The notes: generated by a model from the letters alone, not told the origin. Positions 52,500-62,256 are shown, numbered from the stretch's first letter. The stretch is DNA of 64,000 nt from a virus (IMGVR_UViG_3300049844_000277:36520-100519), one strand, 5' to 3'. Made by a program: numbers and translations.

Positions 52500-53651
52500 T
52501 TGGGAGTTTACGCCGGAGATCGCCAATATGGCGGCGCGGTATGCTTCTTATGTGCAGGGTCGGTACCTCCGATATCTCCGCGTCCGTCTTCCCCCACGAC
52601 ATCGGGAGTCATAGTCACAATGGAACGTGCGTACGGCGTAGCAATTGCCTCCATCTATTTGGAGAAGCTGAAGTATCACGTCTTTCCTATTCGGCAGATA
52701 CTCGGAATAACGACTGGAGAACCCCGCTGTGACTGTACGGATGAAACGTGTCCGAACGTCGGAAAACATCCGCGAGTAGCGTGGTCTAAGAATACTGCGA
52801 CCGCGTCTGCTTGGGAACGTTGGCCAAATGACGGCTTTGGAATCGCAACAGGTGCGCGTTCGGGTATTTGGGTCTTGGATGTCGACCCGAAGAATAACGG
52901 TCCGGAGACACTACGGGTGCTCGAGCAGGCTCCAGGGCACGCTCCATTACCCAGGACAATAACCGTAAAGACGGGCTCGGGAGGGGAACATTACTACTTC
53001 CGATATCCTGGTCCGAATTACCGTAACACCGCCGGTGCGCTCGGGTTGGGACTAGACACGCGTGGTGACGGTGGATTCGTCGTTGGGCCTGGGTCACTGC
53101 ACAAGAGCGGGCGACGGTACACGTGGAAGCATGGGCCCGCCGATGCGCCGCTCGCCGATCCGCCTGAGTGGTTGCTCAAGTTGGTGAAGCAAACAGCCAA
53201 ATACCGGCGAGACGTGAACGTTGAAAAACAAGGGCTGCACACAGCACCTGTCCCACGCGCAGAGGCGGAATATCTTCTCGAAATAATGTTGGACCCGGAC
53301 TGCAGGCTAACGCAGTGGATGCGCACGTCTCCCGACGACGTCAGCCGAGAAACGTGGCGAGGATTTGCGACAAACCTCGCTTGCGCTGTAGTCGATCATC
53401 CTGAGTTGATCGAAAAAGCCTGCGAAGCGTTCCACGAAATCTCGTCCGGATATTCGCGCTATAAGGTTTCTGAAACGGAGCGAGTATTTAGAGATTCCGT
53501 AACAGTTGCACGGGTTTACGGCCCAATGTCGTTCGAGCACATGGTGAGGTCAGGAATGCCCTCAGAGCACGCTATTCCTCCCCACGCAAAAAACTTGTTG
53601 CACTCCGCGCAGTTGGAGATGCGGAGAAAAAGGCCTCGCAAGTCGGATTGA
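52500..53651 (+). CDS. Archaeo-eukaryotic-type primase (Prim-Pol N-terminal domain) protein; true start possibly the Met at about 52620
   Basis: AEP motif I GIWVLDVDPKN; motif II TGSGGEHYYFRYPG; motif III GLDTRGDGGFVVGPGSLH. The N-terminal 40 codons of the track ORF lie in a CT-rich tract. Confidence 0.7.
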   Translation: MGVYAGDRQYGGAVCFLCAGSVPPISPRPSSPTTSGVIVTMERAYGVAIASIYLEKLKYHVFPIRQILGITTGEPRCDCTDETCPNVGKHPRVAWSKNTATASAWERWPNDGFGIATGARSGIWVLDVDPKNNGPETLRVLEQAPGHAPLPRTITVKTGSGGEHYYFRYPGPNYRNTAGALGLGLDTRGDGGFVVGPGSLHKSGRRYTWKHGPADAPLADPPEWLLKLVKQTAKYRRDVNVEKQGLHTAPVPRAEAEYLLEIMLDPDCRLTQWMRTSPDDVSRETWRGFATNLACAVVDHPELIEKACEAFHEISSGYSRYKVSETERVFRDSVTVARVYGPMSFEHMVRSGMPSEHAIPPHAKNLLHSAQLEMRRKRPRKSD

Positions 53652-53826
53652 AAAGTGGAATCCTCTCCGCTTCACACTTCACGCTTCGCGTCCGCGGCGC
53701 CTTCGAAAAACCTCGCCACACCCTTGCCGTCCGAACACATAAGCGGGTCTTCCCGTACCCACTCAGTCAAAGACGGCAAGGATGTGACGTAGGCGCCCCA
53801 CCATCCCCCACGGAAAGAGGAGCATA

Positions 53827-55728
53827 ATGCTGCTGCCTAGTCCTGCTGAGGTCAAAGAACTAATCGTCTCTGCAGCCTTTCAAAGCGATGCGTTCATCGT
53901 GGCAAAAGGCGAAAAGACGCAAACAATGAAGGATATAGAAGCTGAAAAAGCGGCCCACGCAATGGCGGCCCGTCAGTCTAGTGGTCTACCACAAAGTACA
54001 AACGCACTTCAAACTTCGCCAAACCCGGACCCTGCGCCACCTCCCGTAGTGGAGAAGTTGGCCGGGGTTCTTAAGTTCCTAATCCAGAATGACCCCGTAC
54101 TGCTAGCAAAAACGAAGATTGAATTCAAAAAGCATTTCACAGGAGTCCTGACAAAGGGAAAGCTCATCTTAGAGCCTCTTTGTGACTCCCTCTTCGATTC
54201 AGCATCGGCCGAAGACATCACCTACAAAGAATTACGTAAGTTGGGAATGCATCGGGGCGGGCAGATACCCGGCGTGGAGACGTTGGGCCGGTGGATTCGA
54301 AGTGAAGCGTATAGCCAGTGCGTACCCAACGGACCACTGACCGATGACTACGTCTCCTTAATAGTCTTACTCACGCTCGACCCTGAGCTTCTAAAGGGCA
54401 AGCTGGAGTGGGACGATATGAACAAGGCTATTACGATTAACAGAGAACCTATTGATTTAGCAAAGACAGTAAGTCGAATCCGTACGCAGATAGGGGATAC
54501 TTACTCTCAGGAAGTCGGACGCTTACGTAAAATGCGTCGAATCGTCCCCTCACATCAATCTGTAGAGCAAGCCCTGGAAGCCCTGGCGAAGGAAAATCCG
54601 TTCCACGCAACGAAAGAATGGATGGACGCGCTCCCTGCGTGGGACGGCGTCGACCGCATGCTTCCGCTCCTAAAGGCTATCAGAGGCTGGGTGGATACGT
54701 CTGCCATTGACATGCCGCAACATATAAAAGAAGAGCACGAAAGGATAAACAACCTAGCGCTGAAACAGCTAACCAAAACACTCATCGGCACGGTAGCTAG
54801 AACATACGAGCCCGGGTGTCAGATGGACACGATGTTAGTGTTAAAATCCAAGCAGGGGACCAAGAAATCCACATTATTCCGCGTACTGGCACCAGCAGGT
54901 AGGTTCTCGGCATCGCACGGTGAATTCGGGACTAAAGACTCCCGAATGGTATACACGAAGAATACCTGGGTAGAGATTGCGGAACTGAGTGGGATGCAAC
55001 GCAAAGAAATACAAACAATCAAAGCTGAAATCAGTGACCGCAGTGATGACTTCCGACCACCGTACGCTAAAGCTATCATCAATAACCCTAGGTGGTGCGT
55101 GCTCGTAGGGTCTACGAACGACGATAAGTTCCTGAAAGACCAGTCGGGGTCGCGTCGATTCTGGATTATCGTCATAGGAGACGACACGAAGGCGGATATG
55201 GTCTTCGTGGAGAACAATAAGCCACAGCTATGGGCACAGGCGGTGGCTCTCTATAAGGCTGCCCCTATGTGCCAGGACTGCCTCGCGCGGGCCGATGGGG
55301 AGACCCGCTGCCCGACGCACCGCTGGTGGCTTACCGACGAGGAGGACAGCTTCAGAGAGAAGTACAACGAGAACTTCACGGAAGTGGAACCCTACGTAGA
55401 GGCGCTCAGGGACTGGATGAGCAGCGCAATCTCGGACCGTCGTTCGTCGAAACAGGGGCTACACACGGCGGTAAAAAATACCGACCACATGACGGTCGCG
55501 CAATTTCTTCAGGAGGTCATTATGCTACCGCCAGAGAAGGTTTTTGATCGAATCCAGCAGGATAGAATGGCCCGAGCACTCAAAATTTGCGGATACACTA
55601 AAAAACACACAGAACACGGAAATATTTGGATAAGTCCAGGAATGCGCAATAGACCAGATTTGAAATTAGTCGCTAAAGAAAAAACAGAGGCGGTATCGGA
55701 GAATTTGACAAAAACGTCGGAACAATGA
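53827..55728 (+). CDS. Primase-associated SF3 helicase (P4/D5/VirE-like P-loop NTPase)
   Basis: Walker A VLKSKQGTKKST; Walker B region WCVLVGSTND; signature GSRRFWIIVIG as in P4-alpha/VirE proteins. Confidence 0.7.
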   Translation: MLLPSPAEVKELIVSAAFQSDAFIVAKGEKTQTMKDIEAEKAAHAMAARQSSGLPQSTNALQTSPNPDPAPPPVVEKLAGVLKFLIQNDPVLLAKTKIEFKKHFTGVLTKGKLILEPLCDSLFDSASAEDITYKELRKLGMHRGGQIPGVETLGRWIRSEAYSQCVPNGPLTDDYVSLIVLLTLDPELLKGKLEWDDMNKAITINREPIDLAKTVSRIRTQIGDTYSQEVGRLRKMRRIVPSHQSVEQALEALAKENPFHATKEWMDALPAWDGVDRMLPLLKAIRGWVDTSAIDMPQHIKEEHERINNLALKQLTKTLIGTVARTYEPGCQMDTMLVLKSKQGTKKSTLFRVLAPAGRFSASHGEFGTKDSRMVYTKNTWVEIAELSGMQRKEIQTIKAEISDRSDDFRPPYAKAIINNPRWCVLVGSTNDDKFLKDQSGSRRFWIIVIGDDTKADMVFVENNKPQLWAQAVALYKAAPMCQDCLARADGETRCPTHRWWLTDEEDSFREKYNENFTEVEPYVEALRDWMSSAISDRRSSKQGLHTAVKNTDHMTVAQFLQEVIMLPPEKVFDRIQQDRMARALKICGYTKKHTEHGNIWISPGMRNRPDLKLVAKEKTEAVSENLTKTSEQ

Positions 55729-56436
55729 ACTTATTAAAAAACAATAGGTGTAAGCAAGTTTCGGGCCAACAAACTTTTTCAAAAATTCCTGAAAGGGGCG
55801 TTCAGCCGCAAATGTCCGTAATTACTAAAACTCGAAGAAAAACCTGAACAGGCTGAATGCCCTGACATGGTGCTTCTTATATAAGCATGGAGTAACAGGG
55901 GTATTACTGACCCACCCTGGGTCATTTTTGACGGACACTGGGTATAAAGTTCAGAAACATATTCAGGGTATTCAGGTATTCAGTTATCCAATAAAATCAA
56001 GTACTTAGAACGAAAAATGGCTGAATACCCCCTGAATATCCCCCCCTATGGCACCAGAATTGCTTGTGCGGTCAAAATCGAACTTTCTGGGCTATTTTCT
56101 GGGCTATTATTTTGTTCAGTATTCCTTTTAACCAAATGCCCGAACTGGCGAACATTGATCACGTGCCATCCCGCGCGCCCAACATTGATCCCGTGCTGTC
56201 CGAGCCGACCCTCAGCGGGGTCAAGCTCCCGTGCTGTCCGCGCCAGCCTCCGGCCGGCCCCGCTTCCGCAAGGGAAACCTTCCCGACGTCCCGACGAAGA
56301 CTATACCCTAGCCTAGCCTTATCCTCCACCCCCGTCCCCACTCTCGCTGTAGCCGTAGATTTCCTGGCAAGTCTCGCCAAAGGCCTCCAGCGGGCCGTAG
56401 GACCGACGAACCGGCGTAACCCGGTCCGACCCCTTG

Positions 56437-56482
56437 CCCGACCCCCGAACGTCGCTCCTGCGCCCGCCTAGGCCCCTTCCCG
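56437..56482. repeat. Direct repeat copy 1 (46 bp, GC-rich)
   Basis: cccgacccccgaacgtcgctcctgcgcccgcctaggccccttcccg. Confidence 0.8.
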
Positions 56483-56562
56483 CCGGTCCGCCGAATCCGC
56501 CTCAAACCGCCCTGAGTGGCCTCCAGGCGCTCAAACGCCCCAGACCCGACCCAAGACCCTAC

Positions 56563-56608
56563 CCGACCCCCGAACGTCGCTCCTGCGCCCGCCTAGGCCC
56601 CTTCCCGG
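56563..56608. repeat. Direct repeat copy 2 (46 bp, identical)
   Basis: The same 46-mer, 126 bp downstream of copy 1. Confidence 0.8.
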
Positions 56609-56888
56609 CCTAGACTCGAGGGGAACTCTCGCCGGGAGAAGACCCTTGAAGCCCCTACCCGCCCTGACGCTTCGCGACGTCCTCAAGAACGAAATTGAAA
56701 ACGATCGACGGAACGTCGAACAGATTTCCGTCTCTCGCCAGGATTCAGTTAACCGTTCAATCGCCATATGTGCGCGCCGGTACATCGAAGCGCTGGACTT
56801 TGGCGATGAAACGTTGTTGTTTGATGCCGAAGATAATTTGCGGCTTGCGCTTGATAACGTTCGTTCTTGATTATTCGCTTACTTCAAA

Positions 56889-57446
56889 ATGTTATTTCTC
56901 GGAGTCGATCAATCACTACGCAGCTCCGGAGTGGCTGTCATTTCCGAGGAACAAGAATCTGTCTATCTTGGGCGTATAGCCCCTGCTAAGCTTTCAGATG
57001 CACCAAGGTTGGCTGCAATAAGAGACGCATTACAGACACTCATTACTACAACACCAGACATCCGCTTTGCCGCGCTAGAAGGGTACGCGTATGACGTTGG
57101 CGCTGGTAGAGTGTTTGAGCTGGGTGAAGTTGGCGCTGTTGTTAAGTTGGCGCTTTATGACGCTAAAATCCCGTTTATCGTCGTTCCGCCGGCCTCTCTA
57201 AAGCAATTCGTAGCTGACCACGGCAACGCCAATAAGACGCAAATGCGGATATCTGTATTACGTCGTTGGGGTTATGACATTACCCAGGACGACGAATGTG
57301 ATGCCTTTGGTTTGGCGCAAGTCGCTAGAGCTGTACACCTTAACAAGGGCACGACTCGCTCCGAACTCGAAGTACTGAAGAAGCTACGTACAACAGACAA
57401 GAAGGTTTCTTTAGTCAGCTTCAAGACCCGATTCCCTTCCATCTAA
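56889..57446 (+). CDS. RuvC-like Holliday junction resolvase
   Basis: N-terminal LFLGVDQSLRSSGVAVI (RuvC motif I hhGIDPG..tGhAV-like); catalytic-acid region ...ALEGYAY; C-terminal DDECDAFGLAQVA (RuvC DAADAL-like). Confidence 0.65.
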   Translation: MLFLGVDQSLRSSGVAVISEEQESVYLGRIAPAKLSDAPRLAAIRDALQTLITTTPDIRFAALEGYAYDVGAGRVFELGEVGAVVKLALYDAKIPFIVVPPASLKQFVADHGNANKTQMRISVLRRWGYDITQDDECDAFGLAQVARAVHLNKGTTRSELEVLKKLRTTDKKVSLVSFKTRFPSI

Positions 57447-57458
57447 GAGAATAAGAAT

Positions 57459-57659
57459 ATGCGTTGCTCCAACTGCGAATCCCCGATGAAGGATGTCGAC
57501 GGTATGACTGTTCGGCTTAATAAGGACAATACAGCCCTCACGCATCTCTGCGGTGAGTGTATCTCAGGAGTTTTGACGCTTAAGATTGTCTTGTCCCGTC
57601 AGCGGGCGCAGGATTCGTTTACGTTTTCTGGTTATTTGCCGGTAGCGTCGGAGAGGTGA
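57459..57659 (+). CDS. Small zinc-ribbon protein (66 aa)
   Basis: CSNC...CGEC pairs. Confidence 0.35.
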   Translation: MRCSNCESPMKDVDGMTVRLNKDNTALTHLCGECISGVLTLKIVLSRQRAQDSFTFSGYLPVASER

Positions 57660-57886
57660 GTGAGAGTGAGGAGCTTATGAGCAAGAGACGTTGCATCGAG
57701 TGCGAAGAAATAATTCCACCGGATTCTCTTTTTTACCGAGTGACTCGCCCAGGAGACCAAGCCATTGAGAGCTGCTGTGCGCGATGTGTTCCGAGCTTAC
57801 GGGCTCGCGTGAAGGCCGCCAATGCTTTGTACGTGGAATTCGGTCGCGCCGATGAGGTGGCTCCTTTACCGCAGCCGGTGAACTGA
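57656..57886 (+). CDS. Small Cys-rich protein (76 aa)
   Basis: CIECEE...CCARC; start overlaps the upstream stop. Confidence 0.35.
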   Translation: MSESEELMSKRRCIECEEIIPPDSLFYRVTRPGDQAIESCCARCVPSLRARVKAANALYVEFGRADEVAPLPQPVN

Positions 57887-57889
57887 ACG

Positions 57890-58375
57890 ATGCCTCTTTT
57901 ACCGAGTACATTGTCGTCCGGACTCATAAAGCTCGACGACCCGAGTGGTCCCAATCCCAAGAACATCCCTGCGGTAGCGCAGGCTTGGTTTAATCTTTGG
58001 TGGGACTATGCGCAGAACATGACGTACTTGGTTCCTGGAGGCGGCGGACGGCCTCTCGTCGAAAGTTCGTTCAAATCAATTTTGATGGGCGGGCTTTCAC
58101 CGGTTCCTGTGCCGATAACTTTCTTTGTAGCTTTGGGCACAGCGATGTTGGCGGCGTGGGCGACGCTAGGAACTCCGGCGACTCTCACACCGCCGATTGT
58201 ATCCCTGATTCCGCAGCCCGTACCGTTTGCACCAGCGGGCGTCGCAATAGTTCCAATCGGGATGGCATCAAAAGATAAGAAGCTTCCTCGGGCGGCGCTA
58301 GCGACGCTCATTCATACGTGGACAATCACAGCGCAGGCCGTTGGTCCCAGCGGTCCTGTGGGGCCTATCTCGTAG
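57890..58375 (+). CDS. Hypothetical Pro/Gly-rich, possibly membrane-associated protein (161 aa)
   Basis: Hydrophobic stretch ITFFVALGTAMLAAWATLG; intact ORF. Confidence 0.35.
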   Translation: MPLLPSTLSSGLIKLDDPSGPNPKNIPAVAQAWFNLWWDYAQNMTYLVPGGGGRPLVESSFKSILMGGLSPVPVPITFFVALGTAMLAAWATLGTPATLTPPIVSLIPQPVPFAPAGVAIVPIGMASKDKKLPRAALATLIHTWTITAQAVGPSGPVGPIS

Positions 58376-58699
58376 GTGACCGGGATGATTATCAGTGAAC
58401 GCGACGGGTGGGTAAACCCACGCCACGCATCCGTTGTTTATGATTTGTTCTGCCGCAACTGCTGTTTACCACGCTCGAAGCACGTCGACGGTAAGTGCTT
58501 ATTTGATTCTACCTCTTTCGAGTTTGCATCTCTGGAGCGACAAATATCACTCGCTTGCGCGCAGATGTTTGAAGGTAGGCCGGCTACTGAGCGTACGCTG
58601 GATATAGTCCAGCAGTACGCAGCTTATTTGCGAAGGGATTTATGTCTCTTGGGGTTTACAGAAAAGAATCCAACTGGAATACAGTTTAAACATGTCTGA
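58376..58699 (+). CDS. Hypothetical protein (107 aa)
   Basis: Intact ORF contiguous with neighbours. Confidence 0.35.
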   Translation: MTGMIISERDGWVNPRHASVVYDLFCRNCCLPRSKHVDGKCLFDSTSFEFASLERQISLACAQMFEGRPATERTLDIVQQYAAYLRRDLCLLGFTEKNPTGIQFKHV

Positions 58700-58943
58700 T
58701 ACTTCCGATGCGGTTGCGTATTTTCGAGACCGAGAGAAATTTTTATTCAAGCGTAGTTTGAATGAACTCTTCTCCGAGCAGGAAGCAGTGTGGGAACGCC
58801 ACTCTCGCACACTCGACCGATTCAATAGATTGACCGACGTAACGGCGGTGACCAGTGAAAATACAGTAAATATGGTAGCGGTTGATGTGTCGGGGAAGGG
58901 AATCTATTCCTCGGATGTTGGGGTATTTTTTCTAAGTCGTTAA
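58692..58943 (+). CDS. Hypothetical protein (83 aa)
   Basis: Intact ORF; start overlaps the upstream stop. Confidence 0.3.
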   Translation: MSDTSDAVAYFRDREKFLFKRSLNELFSEQEAVWERHSRTLDRFNRLTDVTAVTSENTVNMVAVDVSGKGIYSSDVGVFFLSR

Positions 58944-58955
58944 AGGAGTCTTAAA

Positions 58956-59867
58956 ATGTCTGCTCAAATTGTTCCGTTTCAGTTCGAAGGCGAAGAAGAA
59001 GTTCGAGTCATCATGAAGAACGGAGAGCCGTGGTTCGTTGCTTCAGACCTGTGTCGGGTCCTGGACATCAAGGACGTCTCCGTCGCCGTACGTAACTTCC
59101 CGGAATCACTGATTGGTCGGTGTTTAACACCGACGAGCGCGGGGGAGCGAGAAGCCATTACCCTCAGCGAAGCCGGCATGTGGCGGCTGGTCATGCGCTC
59201 CGACAAGCCCAAGGCCCTCGAGCTCCAACAGTGGCTTTCGGAGCACGTACTTCCGAGTATTCGTAAGACCGGTGTGTACTTTGCCGGGATTTCTCCTGAA
59301 TCGCTGAAAAGCCAGCGCGTTCAGCACGCTATTCAGCTCGTACACCTCACTGCTGAATTCGAGTTAGCACAGGAGCAACTTAACGAACATACCCGGCAAC
59401 TGATTCGGCAGAATCAGGCTCTCAATAAGCATGAACAACAGTTGAAGACCCTCGAAGAGACAACGGCCATCATCGACGACTACGTCACCATTAAGGGAGC
59501 CGCAAAGAAGCTCGGGGTACGCATCGATTCAACTCTCGCTGGAATGATGGGTAAAGTCGCAGCGACCCGAACTAAGCAGCGGGGGTTACTCATTCGAGAT
59601 GTTGCTGATTTACAACACGGAACAGTGCACGCATATCCTCGAGAAATCGCGGAAGAGGCAGTGCTGTTTGTAACGGCGAATGAACCACAGCGGCTCATCG
59701 AAAAACAAGAAGCCGCAGCGAAGAGGGAAGCGAAGAAGCTTGAGCAGATGAAGGAGGAAGCTAGCGCAGTTCCTACTTCTAACGGAGCGTCGAAGCATAG
59801 GCTCCAATTTATCGATCTTCCGGATGACGCATTTTTGAAGGAAGATGATAAGTCGACCATACAATGA
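58956..59867 (+). CDS. Bro-N domain protein (phage antirepressor-like) with C-terminal coiled-coil region
   Basis: VPFQFEGEEEVRVIMKNGEPWFVASDLCRVLDI...ITLSEAGMWRLVMRSDKPKALELQQWLSEHVLPSIRKTGVY matches the Bro-N signature. Confidence 0.7.
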   Translation: MSAQIVPFQFEGEEEVRVIMKNGEPWFVASDLCRVLDIKDVSVAVRNFPESLIGRCLTPTSAGEREAITLSEAGMWRLVMRSDKPKALELQQWLSEHVLPSIRKTGVYFAGISPESLKSQRVQHAIQLVHLTAEFELAQEQLNEHTRQLIRQNQALNKHEQQLKTLEETTAIIDDYVTIKGAAKKLGVRIDSTLAGMMGKVAATRTKQRGLLIRDVADLQHGTVHAYPREIAEEAVLFVTANEPQRLIEKQEAAAKREAKKLEQMKEEASAVPTSNGASKHRLQFIDLPDDAFLKEDDKSTIQ

Positions 59868-59946
59868 GCTAGGAACGCCCGTGCCTATTTCGGCGGATCT
59901 CGATGTTGAATAGTTCTGAAGAGACGATTATTTTACGGGGAATCTA

Positions 59947-60339
59947 GTGAGTATTAAGGAACAGTTAAAGAAGTACACAAAGGCGCATCACCGGTTGGAA
60001 TGGTTAGCCCGGGTTGAGGTTATACAGGAAGAGGCAGCTAAGGACGCGTATGGAGCTGCGGAGGAGATTCGTACTCGTCAGTTAGAAGTAATAACCCATT
60101 TGCTAAAGGCTGAATCTAGTAGCAAGCTCATTACGGAGCTGAAGCAGATTCGCGAACAGCGCGCGAATGACGATGATTGCGCGGATGAGACGGGAATGGA
60201 GACGTTGTGGGAGTTGGTTACGCATGGGGCTGCAGGACTTCATCACGATTTGGATTTCTCCAATAGGCGGAAACTGGACGCGTATGTTCGCGTTCTCAAC
60301 GGGATTCTTCGTATGGCTACGAAGGGGTCTGAGTACTGA
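59947..60339 (+). CDS. Hypothetical helical protein (130 aa)
   Basis: Intact ORF between the two Bro-N genes. Confidence 0.4.
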   Translation: MSIKEQLKKYTKAHHRLEWLARVEVIQEEAAKDAYGAAEEIRTRQLEVITHLLKAESSSKLITELKQIREQRANDDDCADETGMETLWELVTHGAAGLHHDLDFSNRRKLDAYVRVLNGILRMATKGSEY

Positions 60340-60376
60340 GTTCCCGGGAATCACTTTTTATTGAAAGGAGTTTTAC

Positions 60377-60691
60377 GTGGCTCTATCGACCGCATCACAC
60401 CAGTTTCAGGATTTGGGCGAGGTACGTACGGTGGTTAAGCAGGGAGAACCGTGGTTTGTCGCGGAAGATTTGTGTCAGATGCTGGGGGTAGAGGATGTTC
60501 CAGGAGCTGTTGCGCTCATTCCACGTGTTTTAAGGGAGACTGTGGAGGTTGAGACTTTAGATGGGCCGGAGCAGGCGGTGGTTCTTCGTGAATCTGGTAT
60601 GCATTTATTGGTGCAAAGAGCCAATTCGATTAATTCACTGCCCCTTCGTACGTGGTTGAAAGAAACCATTATTCCGAGCATTGAAGTGTGA
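60377..60691 (+). CDS. Second, short Bro-N domain protein (104 aa)
   Basis: HQFQDLGEVRTVVKQGEPWFVAEDLCQMLGV...VLRESGMHLLVQRANSINSLPLRTWLKETIIPSIEV. Confidence 0.65.
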   Translation: MALSTASHQFQDLGEVRTVVKQGEPWFVAEDLCQMLGVEDVPGAVALIPRVLRETVEVETLDGPEQAVVLRESGMHLLVQRANSINSLPLRTWLKETIIPSIEV

Positions 60692-60972
60692 GCAAAGAAC
60701 AGCAGCTCCAGGGAATTACGCCGTACGTACTTAGATTGAGCGCTCACTACGCTGCGTTGGGCATCGGTACGTATTACCCAAAGGGCTATAGCCAGTTCGA
60801 TCGTGTTGAAGTAGGTGTCAAGCAACCTTGGCAACCAGGCAAGCTCTTCACCGAGTCTTGTCTGATTCTCGAGGTTGCTTTTTTTAGCTCTAACGAGATG
60901 CTTCGCTACGTGGAGTTCGCACTGACGCCGGCTGGGTTTGGTGGGCGGCCGATCGTCAAAGAGATTAAGTGA
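60688..60972 (+). CDS. Hypothetical protein (94 aa)
   Basis: Intact ORF; start overlaps the upstream stop. Confidence 0.3.
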   Translation: MSKEQQLQGITPYVLRLSAHYAALGIGTYYPKGYSQFDRVEVGVKQPWQPGKLFTESCLILEVAFFSSNEMLRYVEFALTPAGFGGRPIVKEIK

Positions 60973-60979
60973 GTTATCG

Positions 60980-61396
60980 CTATAATCCGAACACGCTACT
61001 CGCCGCATCATATCCTTGTCGGTAAGCAGCAGGGTCTCCCGCCTTCTTCACCTCTTCGTAGAGCCCGCGGACCTTCTTGTCGCTCTTGTTCGCCTCGTCG
61101 TGCGCGGTCTCGTAGTTCATCCCACGGTTCTTCATCAGACGATGCTCGATGGCCTCGTGAATGACCGTTGAGACGCGGTCCTTAGGGGAGAGGTTCTTCT
61201 CCACCCACATCTCGCCTTTCGGGATGTACGAGTACCGCGAAGGGTTCCCGCCCATCGTGAAGTCGGTGTCGATGTCGTCCCGGACCTTCGTTCCGTCCAC
61301 CGTCTTTATTTTTAGCTCGTCGGGGCCTGAACGGGGCGCAGTGTCGCGGCGTTTTTCATCTGCTATTTTGGTGAGGTTCGTTGTTCTCGTAACCAT
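60980..61396 (-). CDS. Hypothetical protein (138 aa) with HEAIEH motif
   Basis: Intact minus-strand ORF; VIHEAIEHRLM resembles, but is not, a canonical HExxH motif. Confidence 0.35.
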   Translation of the reverse strand: MVTRTTNLTKIADEKRRDTAPRSGPDELKIKTVDGTKVRDDIDTDFTMGGNPSRYSYIPKGEMWVEKNLSPKDRVSTVIHEAIEHRLMKNRGMNYETAHDEANKSDKKVRGLYEEVKKAGDPAAYRQGYDAASSVFGL

Positions 61397-61561
61397 TTCT
61401 TAGTTTAGTTCATTTTGAGTAGGCTTAATTCCTTGGCGACTGTTACGGAATATCCTGAAATTCTTGTCCGGTACCCGCGACGTTGACAACTTCATGCCGC
61501 TGCCCGGTTAGGTTTGTGATGGATAGTCGTACCATGTAGAGAGTATAGCTATACTCCCTCC

Positions 61562-62122
61562 ATGCGCGTCGCCATCTATGATAAAAATCCAGGGTATGGT
61601 CTGTGGCAACACTTCCTCGCCTTAACCTGGCGCATCGGCTGCTGCATCCACTGGGTGTTCGGTAAGCTTGATGCGTATTACGGCGCATCATCGTGGGATG
61701 ATGCTTTTAAGTGGCTTGAGTCGAGGCCGGGGATGCTCACATCAGTTCAGTATTGGGGGCACGGAAGTCCCGGCACGGCGTGGCTTGCCGGGAAGCCGAT
61801 CGACGTCACCCAATTTAAACGTATCCAACATAAAGTAGTTCCGGCTACCGTCCTTTGGTTTCGTACGTGTTCGACGTTTCAAGGCGAGAGCGGACACACG
61901 GTATCGAAGTACCTGACTAACCTGCTAGGCTGTACCGTAGCCGCGCATACTCGAATCATCGGCGTATTTCAGGGCGGCTTACACACTCGACGTCCCGGCG
62001 AAGAACCAAGTTGGCCTGTGACGGAAGGCGAATTCCCGAATTCCAAATTGGCGCAGCTAGGACTTAAGTGGGGCAACAACACTGTCCTGTGCTTGGCGGC
62101 GAGAATTCCTAAGGGTTGGTAA
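61562..62122 (+). CDS. Hypothetical protein (186 aa)
   Basis: Intact ORF preceded by the 12-bp palindrome GTATAGCTATAC about 15 nt upstream. Confidence 0.4.
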   Translation: MRVAIYDKNPGYGLWQHFLALTWRIGCCIHWVFGKLDAYYGASSWDDAFKWLESRPGMLTSVQYWGHGSPGTAWLAGKPIDVTQFKRIQHKVVPATVLWFRTCSTFQGESGHTVSKYLTNLLGCTVAAHTRIIGVFQGGLHTRRPGEEPSWPVTEGEFPNSKLAQLGLKWGNNTVLCLAARIPKGW

Positions 62123-62183
62123 TAGTCTCGACTTCACTAAACCGTCTGCTTCACCAGCGCGGTAGACCTTGGGGTTTAGTGAA

Positions 62184-62256
62184 CTCCCCGAGTAGGACTC
62201 GAACCTACGACCTAGCGATTAACAGTCGCTCGCTCCACCAGCTGAGCTATCGGGGA
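62184..62256 (-). tRNA. tRNA-Asn (anticodon GTT)
   Basis: Reverse complement folds as: acceptor TCCCCGA/TCGGGGA; D arm GCTC-AGCTGGTG-GAGC; anticodon stem AGCGA/TCGCT with loop CTGTTAA; variable loop AGGTC; T arm GTAGG-TTCGAGT-CCTAC; discriminator G. No encoded CCA. Confidence 0.85.

Larger units (their letters stand above)
55729..56888. promoter_or_regulatory. 1.1-kb noncoding origin-like region: AT-rich segment with TATTCAGG iterons, then GC-rich island with 46-bp direct repeats
   Basis: TATTCAGG as three direct copies (about 55955-55985) and two inverted copies CCTGAATA (about 56020-56040). TTCTGGGCTATT tandem pair (about 56085-56110). AACATTGATC(A/C)CGTGC as two copies. CCGTGCTGTCCG as two copies. 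The ORFs predicted here are composition artefacts. Confidence 0.5.

Noticed and set aside
52219-52614. 131-aa ORF with an SLPSPSSLPSSSSPS stretch.
   Set aside because: Its first half is just the translation of the CT-rich intergenic tract, and it overlaps the primase gene; likely not a gene.
56017-56505. Several overlapping ORFs on both strands (99-135 aa; Pro/Arg/Ala-rich translations) inside the GC-rich island.
   Set aside because: They overlap each other in multiple frames, have no start context, and their amino-acid composition simply mirrors the C-rich DNA. I treat them as noncoding repeats.
56437-56608. Possible CRISPR array.
   Set aside because: There are only two repeat copies, 46 bp long with a 80-bp spacer, no further units and no cas genes, so it does not qualify as CRISPR-like.
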